Assembly (NCBI GenBank): GCA_965243025.1
Contig: CBDETY010000003.1
Location: 4,672,001 to 4,736,000, forward strand
DNA from: Candidatus Latescibacterota bacterium
GTDB taxonomy: Bacteria > Latescibacterota > UBA2968 > UBA8231
Direction: 5' to 3'
Length of the DNA stretch: 64,000 bases
Below are positions 35,537 through 45,143 of this stretch, one piece after another (the stretch's first letter is position 1; every line of letters begins with the position of its first letter). The position numbers were made by a program, and so were the translations under genes. The notes beneath the pieces were generated by a model. It ran no database searches and had not been told where the DNA came from. It saw nothing but the letters and a program-made list of their open reading frames with translations.

Positions 35537-36469
35537 ATGAACCTCCACCACCTCCGCTATTTCCTGGCGGTCGCCAGGACAAGCGGTTTCACCCGGGCGG
35601 CCAGGGACCTCCGCGTCACCCAGCCGACCGTCAGCAGCGGGATCGCCGAGTTGGAACGACTCCTCGGGACGCGGTTGTTCGACCGCGCGGGGCGTCGAGT
35701 CGATCTCACCCTGGAGGGCCGGGCCCTGCTGACCTACGCCCTTCAGATAGAAGACCTCGTCGACGAAGCGGTGGAGCGGGTGCGCAAGGGGGACGCCCTC
35801 GCGGAGCAGGGGTTCCGCTTCGGCGCCATCGACGCGGCCGTCATCTACCTGCTGCCCGAGGTCCTGCAGTCCTACAGGGAGTCCCACCCCCGGGTCGAGC
35901 TGACCACGCAGGTCGCCTCGTCGCGCTACCTCGTCGAGGACCTGCTGATGAACCGCTCGGAGTTCGCCGTCATCACCCTGCCGTTCGAGCACCCGCGCAT
36001 TGCGACGCTCTCCCTCGTCCGGGACGAGATGCCGCTCGTCGCCGGCGCCGGCCACCGGCTTGCCGGACGCGCCGCGGTTGCCGCCGAAGTCGCCGCCGAA
36101 CCGCTGATCCTGTTCCACTCCGAGTCGGTGTCGCGCCGGATCGTCGACGAGCGCTTCGCCGAACTGGGGATCGCGCCGCGGGTCGCCATGGAGATGCGCT
36201 CCCCCGAAGCGATGCGCATGCTCGTCGAGTCCGGCATGGGGATCTCGTTCCTGCCGCGCATGACCGCGGCGGAGTCGCTGGCGGCCGGGACCCTGTGCCT
36301 GGTGCCGGCCCCGGAGCTGCGCTTCGAGCGCGAGATCGGCCTGGCGTGGAGAAAGGGGCGTTACTTCGGCCCGGCGATCCGCGGTCTCATCGACGCCGTC
36401 GCCGACCGCTTCGGCAAGCTCGAACTGCTGCGGGAGGGCCTGGTCTCAACCGACGCAGGAGGAAGCTGA
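35537..36469 (+). CDS. LysR-family transcriptional regulator
   Basis: MNLHHLRYFLAVA...FTRAA..L.VTQPTVS..I..LE..LG..LFDR HTH, followed by a substrate-binding domain. Confidence 0.95.
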   Translation: MNLHHLRYFLAVARTSGFTRAARDLRVTQPTVSSGIAELERLLGTRLFDRAGRRVDLTLEGRALLTYALQIEDLVDEAVERVRKGDALAEQGFRFGAIDAAVIYLLPEVLQSYRESHPRVELTTQVASSRYLVEDLLMNRSEFAVITLPFEHPRIATLSLVRDEMPLVAGAGHRLAGRAAVAAEVAAEPLILFHSESVSRRIVDERFAELGIAPRVAMEMRSPEAMRMLVESGMGISFLPRMTAAESLAAGTLCLVPAPELRFEREIGLAWRKGRYFGPAIRGLIDAVADRFGKLELLREGLVSTDAGGS

Positions 36470-36602
36470 GCGGGTGGGCGGGTCAATCGACGGCCAGCCG
36501 GATCCGAGGGACCAGCAGCGCGGAGGAGCAGGTGGTGCGGCGCCACAACCGACGGGAGACGAATCCCTGCCCCGACCTGCGCCGCCATTTCCGGTACGGG
36601 TA

Positions 36603-36792
36603 TCAACCGCCGGCGTCGAGCCGGACCGGAGGGACGCCGGCTTCGCCGCGAGAATCCCCCCCAAAGCTCGCCCCACGAAGGGCGAACGGCTCGATATCCA
36701 GGCTCCACGAAGCAAGTCACGCATCGTCCCGACACTTTTCTCCAGCCCTTCCCCCGAAAGAACGCGGAGGCCTCGCTCGCCGCCCCTGATGA
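36603..36792 (-). pseudogene. Diverged, frameshifted orphan copy of the 3' part of the DUF309 gene
   Basis: Fragments ERGLRVLSGEGLEK / SGRCVTCFV / LDIEPFA / VPPVRLDAGG-stop align to intact ERGFRLLSGNGLEK / AGRCGRCFM / LDIEGFA / IPPIRLDLGG-stop. Confidence 0.85.
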
Positions 36793-36831
36793 CCGGGATC
36801 GCCGCGACTGCAGTGTGGGGCCCGGGGTGGA

Positions 36832-37362
36832 TCAACCGCCGAGGTCGAGCCGGATCGGCGGAATGGCGGCGGCCCCGGATACCCCGCCGCCGCGAAACTC
36901 CCGCCAGGCAGCGGCGAAGCCCTCGATATCCAGCCCCATGAAGCATCTCCCGCACCGTCCCGCCGCTTCCTCCAGCTTCTCCAGGCCGTTCCCGGAGAGA
37001 AGCCGGAATCCGCGCTCGTTTCCCTGGTGCTGCTTGATCGCCGCCGCGGCGAGCTGGATCAGCCCCTGCAGGAACAGCCCCTCGGCGGTCCGCGGCCCGG
37101 CGCGCTGCCACTTCGGCTCCCACTGCTCGTGCGCTTCCCACCAGAAGCCGTGGTTGTAGAGGTCGACCCCGAGCAGGTACGCCTTGTCGTCGCGCCAGCC
37201 GGCGCTTTCAGAGACGGTCTCCTCGAAGGGGTCGCCGAAGCGGTGACCCTGCGGATGCCTGTGCGGGTGGGGGGTTTCGCCGGGCAGGTGGCGGTAGCTC
37301 GGAAAGGGGACCTCGGGAACGTAGCGGACGACGCCGGCAGGAGAGGGCTTTTGCTCAGCCAC
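36832..37362 (-). CDS. DUF309 domain protein
   Basis: GVDLYNHGFWWEAHEQWE...LQGLIQLAAA; GTG start at 37362 inferred. Confidence 0.85.
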   Translation of the reverse strand: MAEQKPSPAGVVRYVPEVPFPSYRHLPGETPHPHRHPQGHRFGDPFEETVSESAGWRDDKAYLLGVDLYNHGFWWEAHEQWEPKWQRAGPRTAEGLFLQGLIQLAAAAIKQHQGNERGFRLLSGNGLEKLEEAAGRCGRCFMGLDIEGFAAAWREFRGGGVSGAAAIPPIRLDLGG

Positions 37363-37378
37363 GGCTTCCCGTAGGAGG

Positions 37379-38413
37379 TCAGACCGCGACCGCAGAAACC
37401 GCCGGCCCGGACACACCCTCCGTCTCCGGCAGGGCGCCGGCCAGCTCTTCGAGGCGGTCCTCGACGGCGGCGGCCTCCCGGTACTGCGACAGCTCGGCGC
37501 GCAGGCGGGCGGCCTGGCGCAGGCCGCGGAAGTAGCCGCTGTAGTGGCGGCGCAGGGAGATCACCGCCTGGCGCTCGCCGCGCTCCCTGACGGCGAGGCG
37601 CAGGTGCTCGAGACAGACCTCGCTGCGCTCGCGCGCCGACGGGGCGGGCAGATGACTGCCGGTGGCGAGGAAGTGCCGCGACTCGCGGAACACCCAGGGG
37701 TGGCGGATGGCGCCGCGGCCGATCATCACCGCGTCGCACCCGGTGTCGGCGAACGCGGCGGCGACCTCCTCGGCCCGCGTCAGGTCCCCGTTGAGGATGA
37801 CGGGTATGGAGACCGCCTCCTTGATCATGGGGATGTAGCGGTAATCGACCTCCCCCTTGTGGCCCTGGGCCCGGGTGCGGCAGTGCACGGCGAGGGCCCG
37901 CACCCCGATCCCCTCGAGCATGCGCGCCACCTCGACGATGCGGATCGAGCCGGCGTCCCAGCCGAGCCGCGTCTTCACCGTGACCGGCAGATGGGTCGCC
38001 GACTGCACCCGCGACACCACCTCCCTCATGCGCGGCAGGTCGCGCAGCAGGCCGGCGCCGGCGCCGCGCAGGGCGACGTTGCTGACCCAGCAGCCGCAGT
38101 TGATGTCGATGAGATCGGGCCCGGCGGAGGTGGCGATTTCGGCGGCCCTCTCCATCGACAGCTCCGAGGCGCCGTAGATCTGGATGCCGAACGGCCGCTC
38201 CTCCGGGAGGAACTTCAGCTTGTCGTGGGTGCGCCGCCGGCCGCTCTCCAGCTCGCGCACCAGCCCCTCGGCGTTGACGAACTCGGTGTAGACGATGTCG
38301 GCCCCGAGGCGCCGGCAGATGACGCGGAACGGCAGGTCGGAGACGTCCTCCATCGGCGCCAGCAGCAGCCCCGGGGAAACGCGGACCGCGCCGATGGTCA
38401 GGGAGGGGGCCAT
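37379..38413 (-). CDS. dusB: tRNA-dihydrouridine synthase B
   Basis: LAPMEDVSD, TEFV, QIYG, IDINCGC, GAGAGL, PVTVKTRLGW, VHCRTR, NGD, MIGRGA..HPW. Confidence 0.9.
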   Translation of the reverse strand: MAPSLTIGAVRVSPGLLLAPMEDVSDLPFRVICRRLGADIVYTEFVNAEGLVRELESGRRRTHDKLKFLPEERPFGIQIYGASELSMERAAEIATSAGPDLIDINCGCWVSNVALRGAGAGLLRDLPRMREVVSRVQSATHLPVTVKTRLGWDAGSIRIVEVARMLEGIGVRALAVHCRTRAQGHKGEVDYRYIPMIKEAVSIPVILNGDLTRAEEVAAAFADTGCDAVMIGRGAIRHPWVFRESRHFLATGSHLPAPSARERSEVCLEHLRLAVRERGERQAVISLRRHYSGYFRGLRQAARLRAELSQYREAAAVEDRLEELAGALPETEGVSGPAVSAVAV

Positions 38414-38429
38414 CGAAACTCCGGCGCCG

Positions 38430-38735
38430 TCAGCGGCCCCCGGCCCTGGCCTGCTTCATGATGCGCACCTCGCGCCGCCGTATGGTGGCGCGGATGGCGT
38501 CGACGATCTTCATCCACTCGGGGGAGCTGTAGTACGTCTCTATCGCCTTGTCGCGCGCCTTGTGGTTCGCGAACGAGCGCATCCAGACGAACTCGTCCTC
38601 GCGGTCCTCGTTCTCCCAGGCGTCGACGAAGGTGACCCCGTACTTCTCCATGAACTTCCGCGCCTTCCGGAACTCGCGCAGGAAATCCTTCTTCGTTCCC
38701 GGGTGCAGTCGGTAGATCCTCAGCTCGTAAATCAC
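38430..38735 (-). CDS. NIPSNAP-family protein
   Basis: VIYELRIY...PG...F...W....EFVWMRSF...RDKA...Y.SPEW; GTG start overlaps the upstream stop. Confidence 0.8.
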   Translation of the reverse strand: MIYELRIYRLHPGTKKDFLREFRKARKFMEKYGVTFVDAWENEDREDEFVWMRSFANHKARDKAIETYYSSPEWMKIVDAIRATIRRREVRIMKQARAGGR

Positions 38736-39322
38736 GGCTTTTCTCCTTTCGGTCCGGTCCGGTAGATGTTCCGCTCCGTCAGCACGATGCCGACGGGGGT
38801 GTCGTGCGCTTCGGCCGGCACGGCGCCGACGACGAACTCTTCGTAGACCAGCGCCACGGCGGGAACCCGCAGCGCCCGCAGCATGCGGTCGTAATGGCCG
38901 CCCCCCATGCCGAGGCGGTTGCCCTCGCGGTCGCAGGCGACCGCGGGCACGAGGACGGCGTCGACCGGCGGCAGCGCCGAGCCGGCCGCGGGCTGCAGGA
39001 TGCCGAGCGGTCCGCGCCTCAGCTCGTCGAGGCTGCCGATCCCGGCGTGCAGCAGCGGCCGTCCGGGCTTGCCGACCACCGGGACCACGATCCGCTTCCC
39101 CAGGTCGAGGAGGGCGGCGATTATCCCGCGGGTCGCCACCTCGTTCGGCAGGCTGTCGACGTACGTGTGGACGGCAGCGGCAGCGGCCACTTCCTCGAGG
39201 TCGAGGGCGCGGGCGGCGATCGCCCTGCTGAGGCCCGAGGCCCGCTCCACACTCATCGAGCGGCGCCTTTGCAGGCACTCGGCCCGCATCCGGGCCTTGG
39301 CGATTTTGGCGCCTGCCGTCAT
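38732..39322 (-). CDS. 5-formyltetrahydrofolate cyclo-ligase
   Basis: K..MR...LQRR, NEVAT, GILQP, VLVPAVACDREGNRLGMGGGHYDRML, EAHD.PV..VLTE. Confidence 0.93.
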   Translation of the reverse strand: MTAGAKIAKARMRAECLQRRRSMSVERASGLSRAIAARALDLEEVAAAAAVHTYVDSLPNEVATRGIIAALLDLGKRIVVPVVGKPGRPLLHAGIGSLDELRRGPLGILQPAAGSALPPVDAVLVPAVACDREGNRLGMGGGHYDRMLRALRVPAVALVYEEFVVGAVPAEAHDTPVGIVLTERNIYRTGPKGEKP

Positions 39323-39761
39323 CGCCGGTACAATCCCTCCGGGCTATTCGAGTGTCAAGGCAGCTGCCAGGTCCGGCAGGCCGCTCTCCGCCCGCATCCG
39401 GCAGCCGGGCAACCCGGTTACCGTTCCGCTGTTTCCGCGGTTCGGGAACAACAATGCAGGGTACTGGGTCGTCAGTGCTGACAGCCGCGTTTACAGCCGC
39501 CGATATGGTCGCTCTGCGGCAGCCGGGTCATGGCGGTCGAGGAAATGGTTCGCGACCGGGCCGAATCGCATGAGATTCGGGGAGGAAGCCCAACATACGG
39601 CCCGCCAGGGCCCGCCGTCAGCCTGGATGGATTTTCAAAGGGCGGTGTAATTGCGAGTCGGAACCGCAGCCGGTAGATTGGATTCTTCAGCCCCGCCCGC
39701 CGGTCTCGCCACGGTCCAGCGTTTTCGCCACCCACTCACCGATTCCCGCAATCCACATCCA

Positions 39762-40532
39762 GTGAAAGAAGAGATCTCCGATCCGCGGCACGACGAAGAG
39801 GACGTACGCGTCCAGGCGAAGCTGAAGGAGCACGGCAACCTTCCCCGCCACATCGCCATCATCATGGACGGCGACCGCCGCTGGGCTAAGGAGCAGAATC
39901 TGCCGGTTACCGAAGGGCACCGGCACGGCCGCGAGTCGGTGCGCGACATCGTGCGGGCCTGCGGCCAGCTCGGCACCGAAGCGCTGACCCTCTACACCTT
40001 CTCCACCGAGAACTGGAGCCGGCCGAGAACCGAAGTCTCCACCCTGATGAGGTGGCTGCGCGAGTCGCTCCGGGACGAGACCCCGGAGCTGCACCGGAAC
40101 AACGTGCGACTCAACGCCATCGGCCGCCTCCACGGCCTTCCCGGGCCGGTGCGGTCGGCTCTCGACAAGGCCCTGCGGGACACCGCCTCCAACGACGGCC
40201 TGCTGCTCAACCTCGCGCTCAACTACGGCGGCCGCGGCGAGCTGGTCGACGCCTGCCGGACGCTGGCCGCCCGGGCCCGGGACGGGGCGGTCGACCCGGG
40301 CGACATCGAAGAAGAGGATATCAGCGCCGCCCTCTATACCGTCGGCATCCCCGACCCGGACCTGCTGATCCGCTGCAGCGGCGAGATGCGGCTGAGCAAC
40401 TTCCTCCCCTGGCAGATGATTTACACCGAGATCTGGTTCACCCCCGTGTACTGGCCCGACTTCCGGCGCCACCACCTCTACCGGGCGATCCGCGACTTCC
40501 AGCAGCGCCAGCGACGTTTCGGCGGCGCATGA
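39762..40532 (+). CDS. uppS: Undecaprenyl-diphosphate synthase (cis-prenyltransferase)
   Basis: PRHIAIIMDGDRRWA, YTFSTENWSRP, ALNYGGR, PDLLIRCSGEMRLSNFL.WQ, RRFGG. GTG start inferred. Confidence 0.95.
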   Translation: MKEEISDPRHDEEDVRVQAKLKEHGNLPRHIAIIMDGDRRWAKEQNLPVTEGHRHGRESVRDIVRACGQLGTEALTLYTFSTENWSRPRTEVSTLMRWLRESLRDETPELHRNNVRLNAIGRLHGLPGPVRSALDKALRDTASNDGLLLNLALNYGGRGELVDACRTLAARARDGAVDPGDIEEEDISAALYTVGIPDPDLLIRCSGEMRLSNFLPWQMIYTEIWFTPVYWPDFRRHHLYRAIRDFQQRQRRFGGA

Positions 40533-40553
40533 GATTGCCCGGGAGTCATCGAC

Positions 40554-41393
40554 ATGACAGGTCCCGGGCCGAACCTCGCGCGCAGAACCGCCTCGGCCTG
40601 CGTTCTCGTGCCCGGGGTCCTCGCCCTGACGTGGGCCGGCGGCTGGGCCCTGTTCGCGCTGGTCGCCGCCATCGTCGGCAGGTCGAGCTGGGAGTTCTAC
40701 CACCTGGCGGCCAACGCCGGGTACCGGCCCCTGAAATCGTTGGGGATACTCCTGTGCCTCGGGCTTTGCGCCCTTGTCCACCTCGCCGGGACCGGCCACC
40801 TGCCGCTGGCGATGGTGCTGGCGACGGCGGTCGTTCTCGCCGCCGCCCTGCGCGGGGGGACCGCCGGGTTCGCGGCCAGCGCCGCCGTGACCCTGGCAGG
40901 GGTTCTCTACACCGGGCTGCTGGGCAGCGTACCGCTCCTGATGGCAGCCGACCGCGAGCTGCTGCGCGGCGAGCCCGGGGTCCTGCTGGGACTGATCTTC
41001 GTCAGCCTGTGGATAACGGATACCGCCGCCTACGGCGCCGGGCTCCTGTGGGGCAGGCGCAAGCTCGTTCCCGCAATCAGCCCGAACAAGACCGTGACCG
41101 GAGCTGCCGCCGGGTTGCTGGCCGGGCTGCTGCCGGCGCTGTTGCAGCCGTTCGCCCCTGGCTTCTCCCACCTGGAGCTGGCCGGACTTTTCCTGGTGGT
41201 CGCCGCCAGCGCCCAGACCGGCGACCTCGTTCAGTCGGCGCTCAAGCGGGACTTCGGTGTCAAGGACGCCCCCGCCCTCATACCCGGCCACGGCGGTTTC
41301 CTCGACCGCTTCGACTCCTACTTTTTCTGTTTTCCTTTCGCCTGGGCCTACCTCCTTCTCCAGCAGCAACTGCATGCCCCGGGGCCCGGCTGA
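40554..41393 (+). CDS. cdsA: Phosphatidate cytidylyltransferase
   Basis: WITDTAAY..G, ISPNKT..G, GDLVQS.LKR.FGVKD...IPGHGG.LDRFDS. Confidence 0.95.
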   Translation: MTGPGPNLARRTASACVLVPGVLALTWAGGWALFALVAAIVGRSSWEFYHLAANAGYRPLKSLGILLCLGLCALVHLAGTGHLPLAMVLATAVVLAAALRGGTAGFAASAAVTLAGVLYTGLLGSVPLLMAADRELLRGEPGVLLGLIFVSLWITDTAAYGAGLLWGRRKLVPAISPNKTVTGAAAGLLAGLLPALLQPFAPGFSHLELAGLFLVVAASAQTGDLVQSALKRDFGVKDAPALIPGHGGFLDRFDSYFFCFPFAWAYLLLQQQLHAPGPG

Positions 41394-41402
41394 CCTGACA
41401 TC

Positions 41403-42719
41403 ATGCTCTACTTCCTGATCGCCCTCGGCATTCTCATCTTCGTGCACGAGCTGGGCCACTTCCTCGTCGCCAAGGGCGCCGGCATCCGCGTCGAGCGCTT
41501 CTCCCTCGGCTTCCCGCCGAGAATGATCGGTTTCCGCTGGAAGGAGACCGACTACTGCCTGTCCTGGATACCGTTCGGCGGCTACGTGAAGGTTGCCGGC
41601 ATGGCCGACGTCGGCAGCGAGGAGGCAACGGGAGCCGACTGGGAATTCCCCTCCAAGCCGATCTGGGTCCGCATGGCCGTCATCGCCGCCGGCCCGGCGA
41701 TGAACCTGCTTTTCGCTTACGCCGCCTTCCTCTTCCTCTACTCGGCCTACGGCGTCGGCAGCGTCGATTCGACGGCGGTCGATCCCCTCGAGGGTTCCCC
41801 TGCCGCCATCGCCGGGCTGCGCCACGGCGACGCCGTCGTCCGCGTCGGAGAGCGGCCGGTGGCCAACTACCACGAGCTCAAGCGGGAGCTGGAAAAGGCG
41901 GCCGGGGCGGCGGTGACCGTCGACGCCGAACGCGACGGCCGCACCCTGGCCTTCGACCTGCCGCGCGAGACCGCAGCCGACCGGGACGAAGACTCCTCCG
42001 ACATGCCGTACGGACTGTCGCTGCTGTACCCCACCGTGGTCGGCGGGGTAGTGGAGGGGATGCCGGCGGAAGCGGCCGGCCTGCAGGAGGGAGACCGCAT
42101 CACCCGCGTCGCCGGGGCCGATGTGAGGACCTGGGACCAGATGCGGGAGCAGATCAGCCGCCACCCGGGAGAGGAGATCGAAATCGCCTGGCTCCGCGGC
42201 GGCGAGCCGATGTCGGTGCTGATCACGCCGGAGCCGCGCCCCGCGGAGGGGGCCACCATCGGCCAGATCGGCATCGGACCGCACACATCGACGGCCGAAG
42301 TCCCGTTCGGGGAGGCGGCCTCCCTGAGCGCCGCCAGCCTGGTCAACTCAGCCGGTCTCATCCTCGAGTTCATCGGCAACATCTTCCAGGAGGACCGCTA
42401 CAAGGAGCTCGGCGGACCGATCCTGATCGCCAAGATGGCCGACGATACCGCGGAACGGGGCCTCGAGCATTTCATCTATTTCCTCTCCCTGCTGAGTGTG
42501 AACCTCGCCATCCTCAACCTCATGCCGATCCCCGCCCTCGACGGCGGACACCTCGTCTTTCTCGCCCTCGAAACGGTGATGCGAAGGCCGCTGTCGCAGC
42601 GCAAGAGGGAGTTCTGCCAGCAGGTCGGCCTCGTTCTGATCCTCGGGCTGATGATCCTGGTGACCTTCAACGACCTCAACCGTCTCGTCTTTCCCTACAT
42701 CTCCGAGCTGTTCCAGTAG
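41403..42719 (+). CDS. rseP: RIP metalloprotease RseP with two PDZ domains
   Basis: HELGH, FSLGF, GGYVK, AGPAMN, NLMPIPALDGG. Confidence 0.95.
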   Translation: MLYFLIALGILIFVHELGHFLVAKGAGIRVERFSLGFPPRMIGFRWKETDYCLSWIPFGGYVKVAGMADVGSEEATGADWEFPSKPIWVRMAVIAAGPAMNLLFAYAAFLFLYSAYGVGSVDSTAVDPLEGSPAAIAGLRHGDAVVRVGERPVANYHELKRELEKAAGAAVTVDAERDGRTLAFDLPRETAADRDEDSSDMPYGLSLLYPTVVGGVVEGMPAEAAGLQEGDRITRVAGADVRTWDQMREQISRHPGEEIEIAWLRGGEPMSVLITPEPRPAEGATIGQIGIGPHTSTAEVPFGEAASLSAASLVNSAGLILEFIGNIFQEDRYKELGGPILIAKMADDTAERGLEHFIYFLSLLSVNLAILNLMPIPALDGGHLVFLALETVMRRPLSQRKREFCQQVGLVLILGLMILVTFNDLNRLVFPYISELFQ

Positions 42720-42765
42720 TCGGGCCGCTTTCGCCGGCGCGCAACCGCGCTTCCCCAGCCCAGCC

Positions 42766-43962
42766 ATGAGCCCCAGGAAAAGAGCAGACAGCTCCGGCGG
42801 GGAGCAGGCGCGGCTGACCGCCTCGATCCGCGGCCGCGCCGGCGCTCTCGGGTTCGACCTGTTCGGCGTCACCCCGGCCGAACCGCTGGCTGGCAGCGAC
42901 TTCTACGCCCGCTGGGTCGCCCTCGGGTACGCCGGGGAGATGGAGTACCTCCAGCGCAACCGGGAAAAGCGCGGCGACCCGCGCCTCCTGGTGCCGGGTG
43001 CCTCCAGCGTCATCTGCGTCGGCATGAACTACCACCCCGGCCGGCAGGACCCTCCGGGGGGCGGCGATTCCCCCCGACTGCCGGGGCGGATCTCGGTGTA
43101 CGCCCGGGGCGACGACTACCACGACGTGGTGAAAAAGCGCCTCGCCGAGCTGTGGCGCTTCATCGAGGAGGAAGCCGGCAGGCCGGTCCGGGGCCGCTGC
43201 TACGTCGACACCGCCCCGGTCCTCGAGCGGGAACTGGCTCAGCGCGCCGGCCTGGGGTGGTGGGGGAAGAACACCTGCCTGATCAACAAGCGGCAGGGCT
43301 CCTGGTTCTTCCTCGGGGAGATCGTCACCGACCTCGAACTGCTGTTCGACGAGCCCGCCGTCGACCATTGCGGCACCTGCACCCGGTGCCTCGACGCCTG
43401 CCCCACCGACGCCTTCCCGGAACCGTACGTCCTCGATTCCCGCCGCTGCATCTCCTACCTGACCATCGAGCTGCGAACCTCCATTCCGCCAGCGCTGCGG
43501 CCCGGTATCGGCGACTGGGTGTTCGGGTGCGACGTCTGCCAGGAGGTCTGCCCGTGGAACCGCAAGGCCGCGCCGGCTCGCGAGGCCGCCTTCTCATCCC
43601 GCCCGGGTCTTGAACAGCCCGATCTCGAGGAGCTGATGAAGCTCGACGCGGAGGGATTCAACCGCCTTTTCAGGAAAAACCCGGTCAAGAGGCCCAAGCG
43701 CGCCGGGTTCCTGCGAAACGTCGCCGTGGCGCTGGGAAACTCGTGCCGGCCCGAGGCTGTGGGAGTGCTGATCCCGGCGCTCAGGCACGAAGAGCCCCTG
43801 GTGCGGGGGCATGCCGCATGGGCCCTGGGGCGGCTGGGCGGCCCCGAGGCGGAGGACGCCTTGCGGGACGCCATGGCGGAAGAACGGGACAGCGGAGTCC
43901 GGGAGGAGATCTCCGAGGCGCTGGACCGCTGCGGCGAGCCCCGGCAGAAGAATGCGCACTGA
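42766..43962 (+). CDS. queG: Epoxyqueuosine reductase QueG with C-terminal HEAT repeats
   Basis: YARGDDYH, VDTAPVLER, GKNT, CGTCTRCLDACPT, RCISYLTIE, GCDVCQEVCPWN. Confidence 0.95.
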   Translation: MSPRKRADSSGGEQARLTASIRGRAGALGFDLFGVTPAEPLAGSDFYARWVALGYAGEMEYLQRNREKRGDPRLLVPGASSVICVGMNYHPGRQDPPGGGDSPRLPGRISVYARGDDYHDVVKKRLAELWRFIEEEAGRPVRGRCYVDTAPVLERELAQRAGLGWWGKNTCLINKRQGSWFFLGEIVTDLELLFDEPAVDHCGTCTRCLDACPTDAFPEPYVLDSRRCISYLTIELRTSIPPALRPGIGDWVFGCDVCQEVCPWNRKAAPAREAAFSSRPGLEQPDLEELMKLDAEGFNRLFRKNPVKRPKRAGFLRNVAVALGNSCRPEAVGVLIPALRHEEPLVRGHAAWALGRLGGPEAEDALRDAMAEERDSGVREEISEALDRCGEPRQKNAH

Positions 43963-44042
43963 AAGCCGGGTGGATGGACTCCGGTCTTTTCGAACGGATC
44001 GGGGCCCGTTTCCGGGCGCGGCCGAGTTGCCTTGCCGGGAGG

Positions 44043-44960
44043 CTAACCCGATACGGAATCCGGAAGGAGCGCCTCGACGAAAGCCTCCGGGTGGAACGGC
44101 TGCAGGTCCTCCAGCTGCTCTCCAACACCGATCATCCGGATCGGCAGGCCGAGCTCCTGCACGAGCGCAAACGCGATTCCCCCCCTGGCGGTCCCGTCGA
44201 GCTTGGTGAGCACGATGCCGTCGACCCCGACGGCGCCGTGAAACTCGCGCGCCTGGGCGAGCGCGTTCTGCCCGGTGGTGGCGTCCAGCACCAGCAGGGT
44301 CTCGTGGGGGGCGCCGGCCACCTTCCTGCCCAGGGAGCGCTTCACCTTCTTCAGCTCCTCCATCAGGTTGACCTTGGTGTGCAGGCGGCCTGCCGTGTCG
44401 ACGATCAGCACGTCGATGGCGCGCGCCGCTGCCGCCGCCGCCGCGTCGAAAGCGACGGCAGCGGGATCCGCCCCCTGCTGCGAGCGCACGATCTCCGCTC
44501 CGGAGCGGTCGGCCCATACCTCCAGCTGCGGCAGCGCGGCGGCGCGGAAGGTGTCGCATGCCGCCAGCAGCACCGAGCGGCCGGCGGCTTTGTGGCGGGC
44601 GGCCAGCTTGCCGATGGTCGTCGTCTTGCCGGCGCCGTTGACCCCGGCGACGAGAATGGCATGGGGCCGGGCTGATGGAGGCCCGGGTTCGGCCCCGGGC
44701 CCGGACGCGGCCTCCGTCAGGTGTCGGCGCAGCTCGGAAAACAGCTCGTCTGCCCCCTCCTGCGAGCGCAACCGGCCGCGCAGGGAATCGACGATGTCCG
44801 TCGCCGTCCCGACGCCGACGTCCGCCTGGATCAGGATCGCCTCGATCTCCTCGAGCGCCTCTTCGTCGACCGGCCCCGAAACCGCCGCCGTGATGCCGTC
44901 GACGAGCAGGGATCGCGTCCTGGAAAGACCGCTGCGAAAGCGGTCGCGCAGACTCGGCAA
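44043..44960 (-). CDS. ftsY: SRP receptor FtsY (NG domain only)
   Basis: [52 protein letters not shown]. Confidence 0.96.
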   Translation of the reverse strand: MPSLRDRFRSGLSRTRSLLVDGITAAVSGPVDEEALEEIEAILIQADVGVGTATDIVDSLRGRLRSQEGADELFSELRRHLTEAASGPGAEPGPPSARPHAILVAGVNGAGKTTTIGKLAARHKAAGRSVLLAACDTFRAAALPQLEVWADRSGAEIVRSQQGADPAAVAFDAAAAAAARAIDVLIVDTAGRLHTKVNLMEELKKVKRSLGRKVAGAPHETLLVLDATTGQNALAQAREFHGAVGVDGIVLTKLDGTARGGIAFALVQELGLPIRMIGVGEQLEDLQPFHPEAFVEALLPDSVSG

Positions 44961-45143
44961 ATGCAGCCTTCGAAATCGAGGAATTGCGTTTCAGGGCGCC
45001 CCCTGGAATGAGGGAGCCCCTGGAGGTCGCGGACCCGGTGGACAGCAAGCGTACCATCCTGCAATTCTTCACGTCAAGTATTCGGTGACCTTCCGGAAAA
45101 GAACGGGCGCCCCCCTGGCAAGAATCCCCGCCAGTCGCCGCGC

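Noticed and set aside
39323-39761. Possible 6S RNA upstream of the 5-formyl-THF cyclo-ligase gene (classic ssrS-ygfA synteny), or SRP RNA (CAGGTCCGG near 39368)
   Set aside because: I could not identify the long 6S hairpin or the SRP GGAA tetraloop/GCAG motif by eye. An Infernal/Rfam search is needed to exclude it fully.
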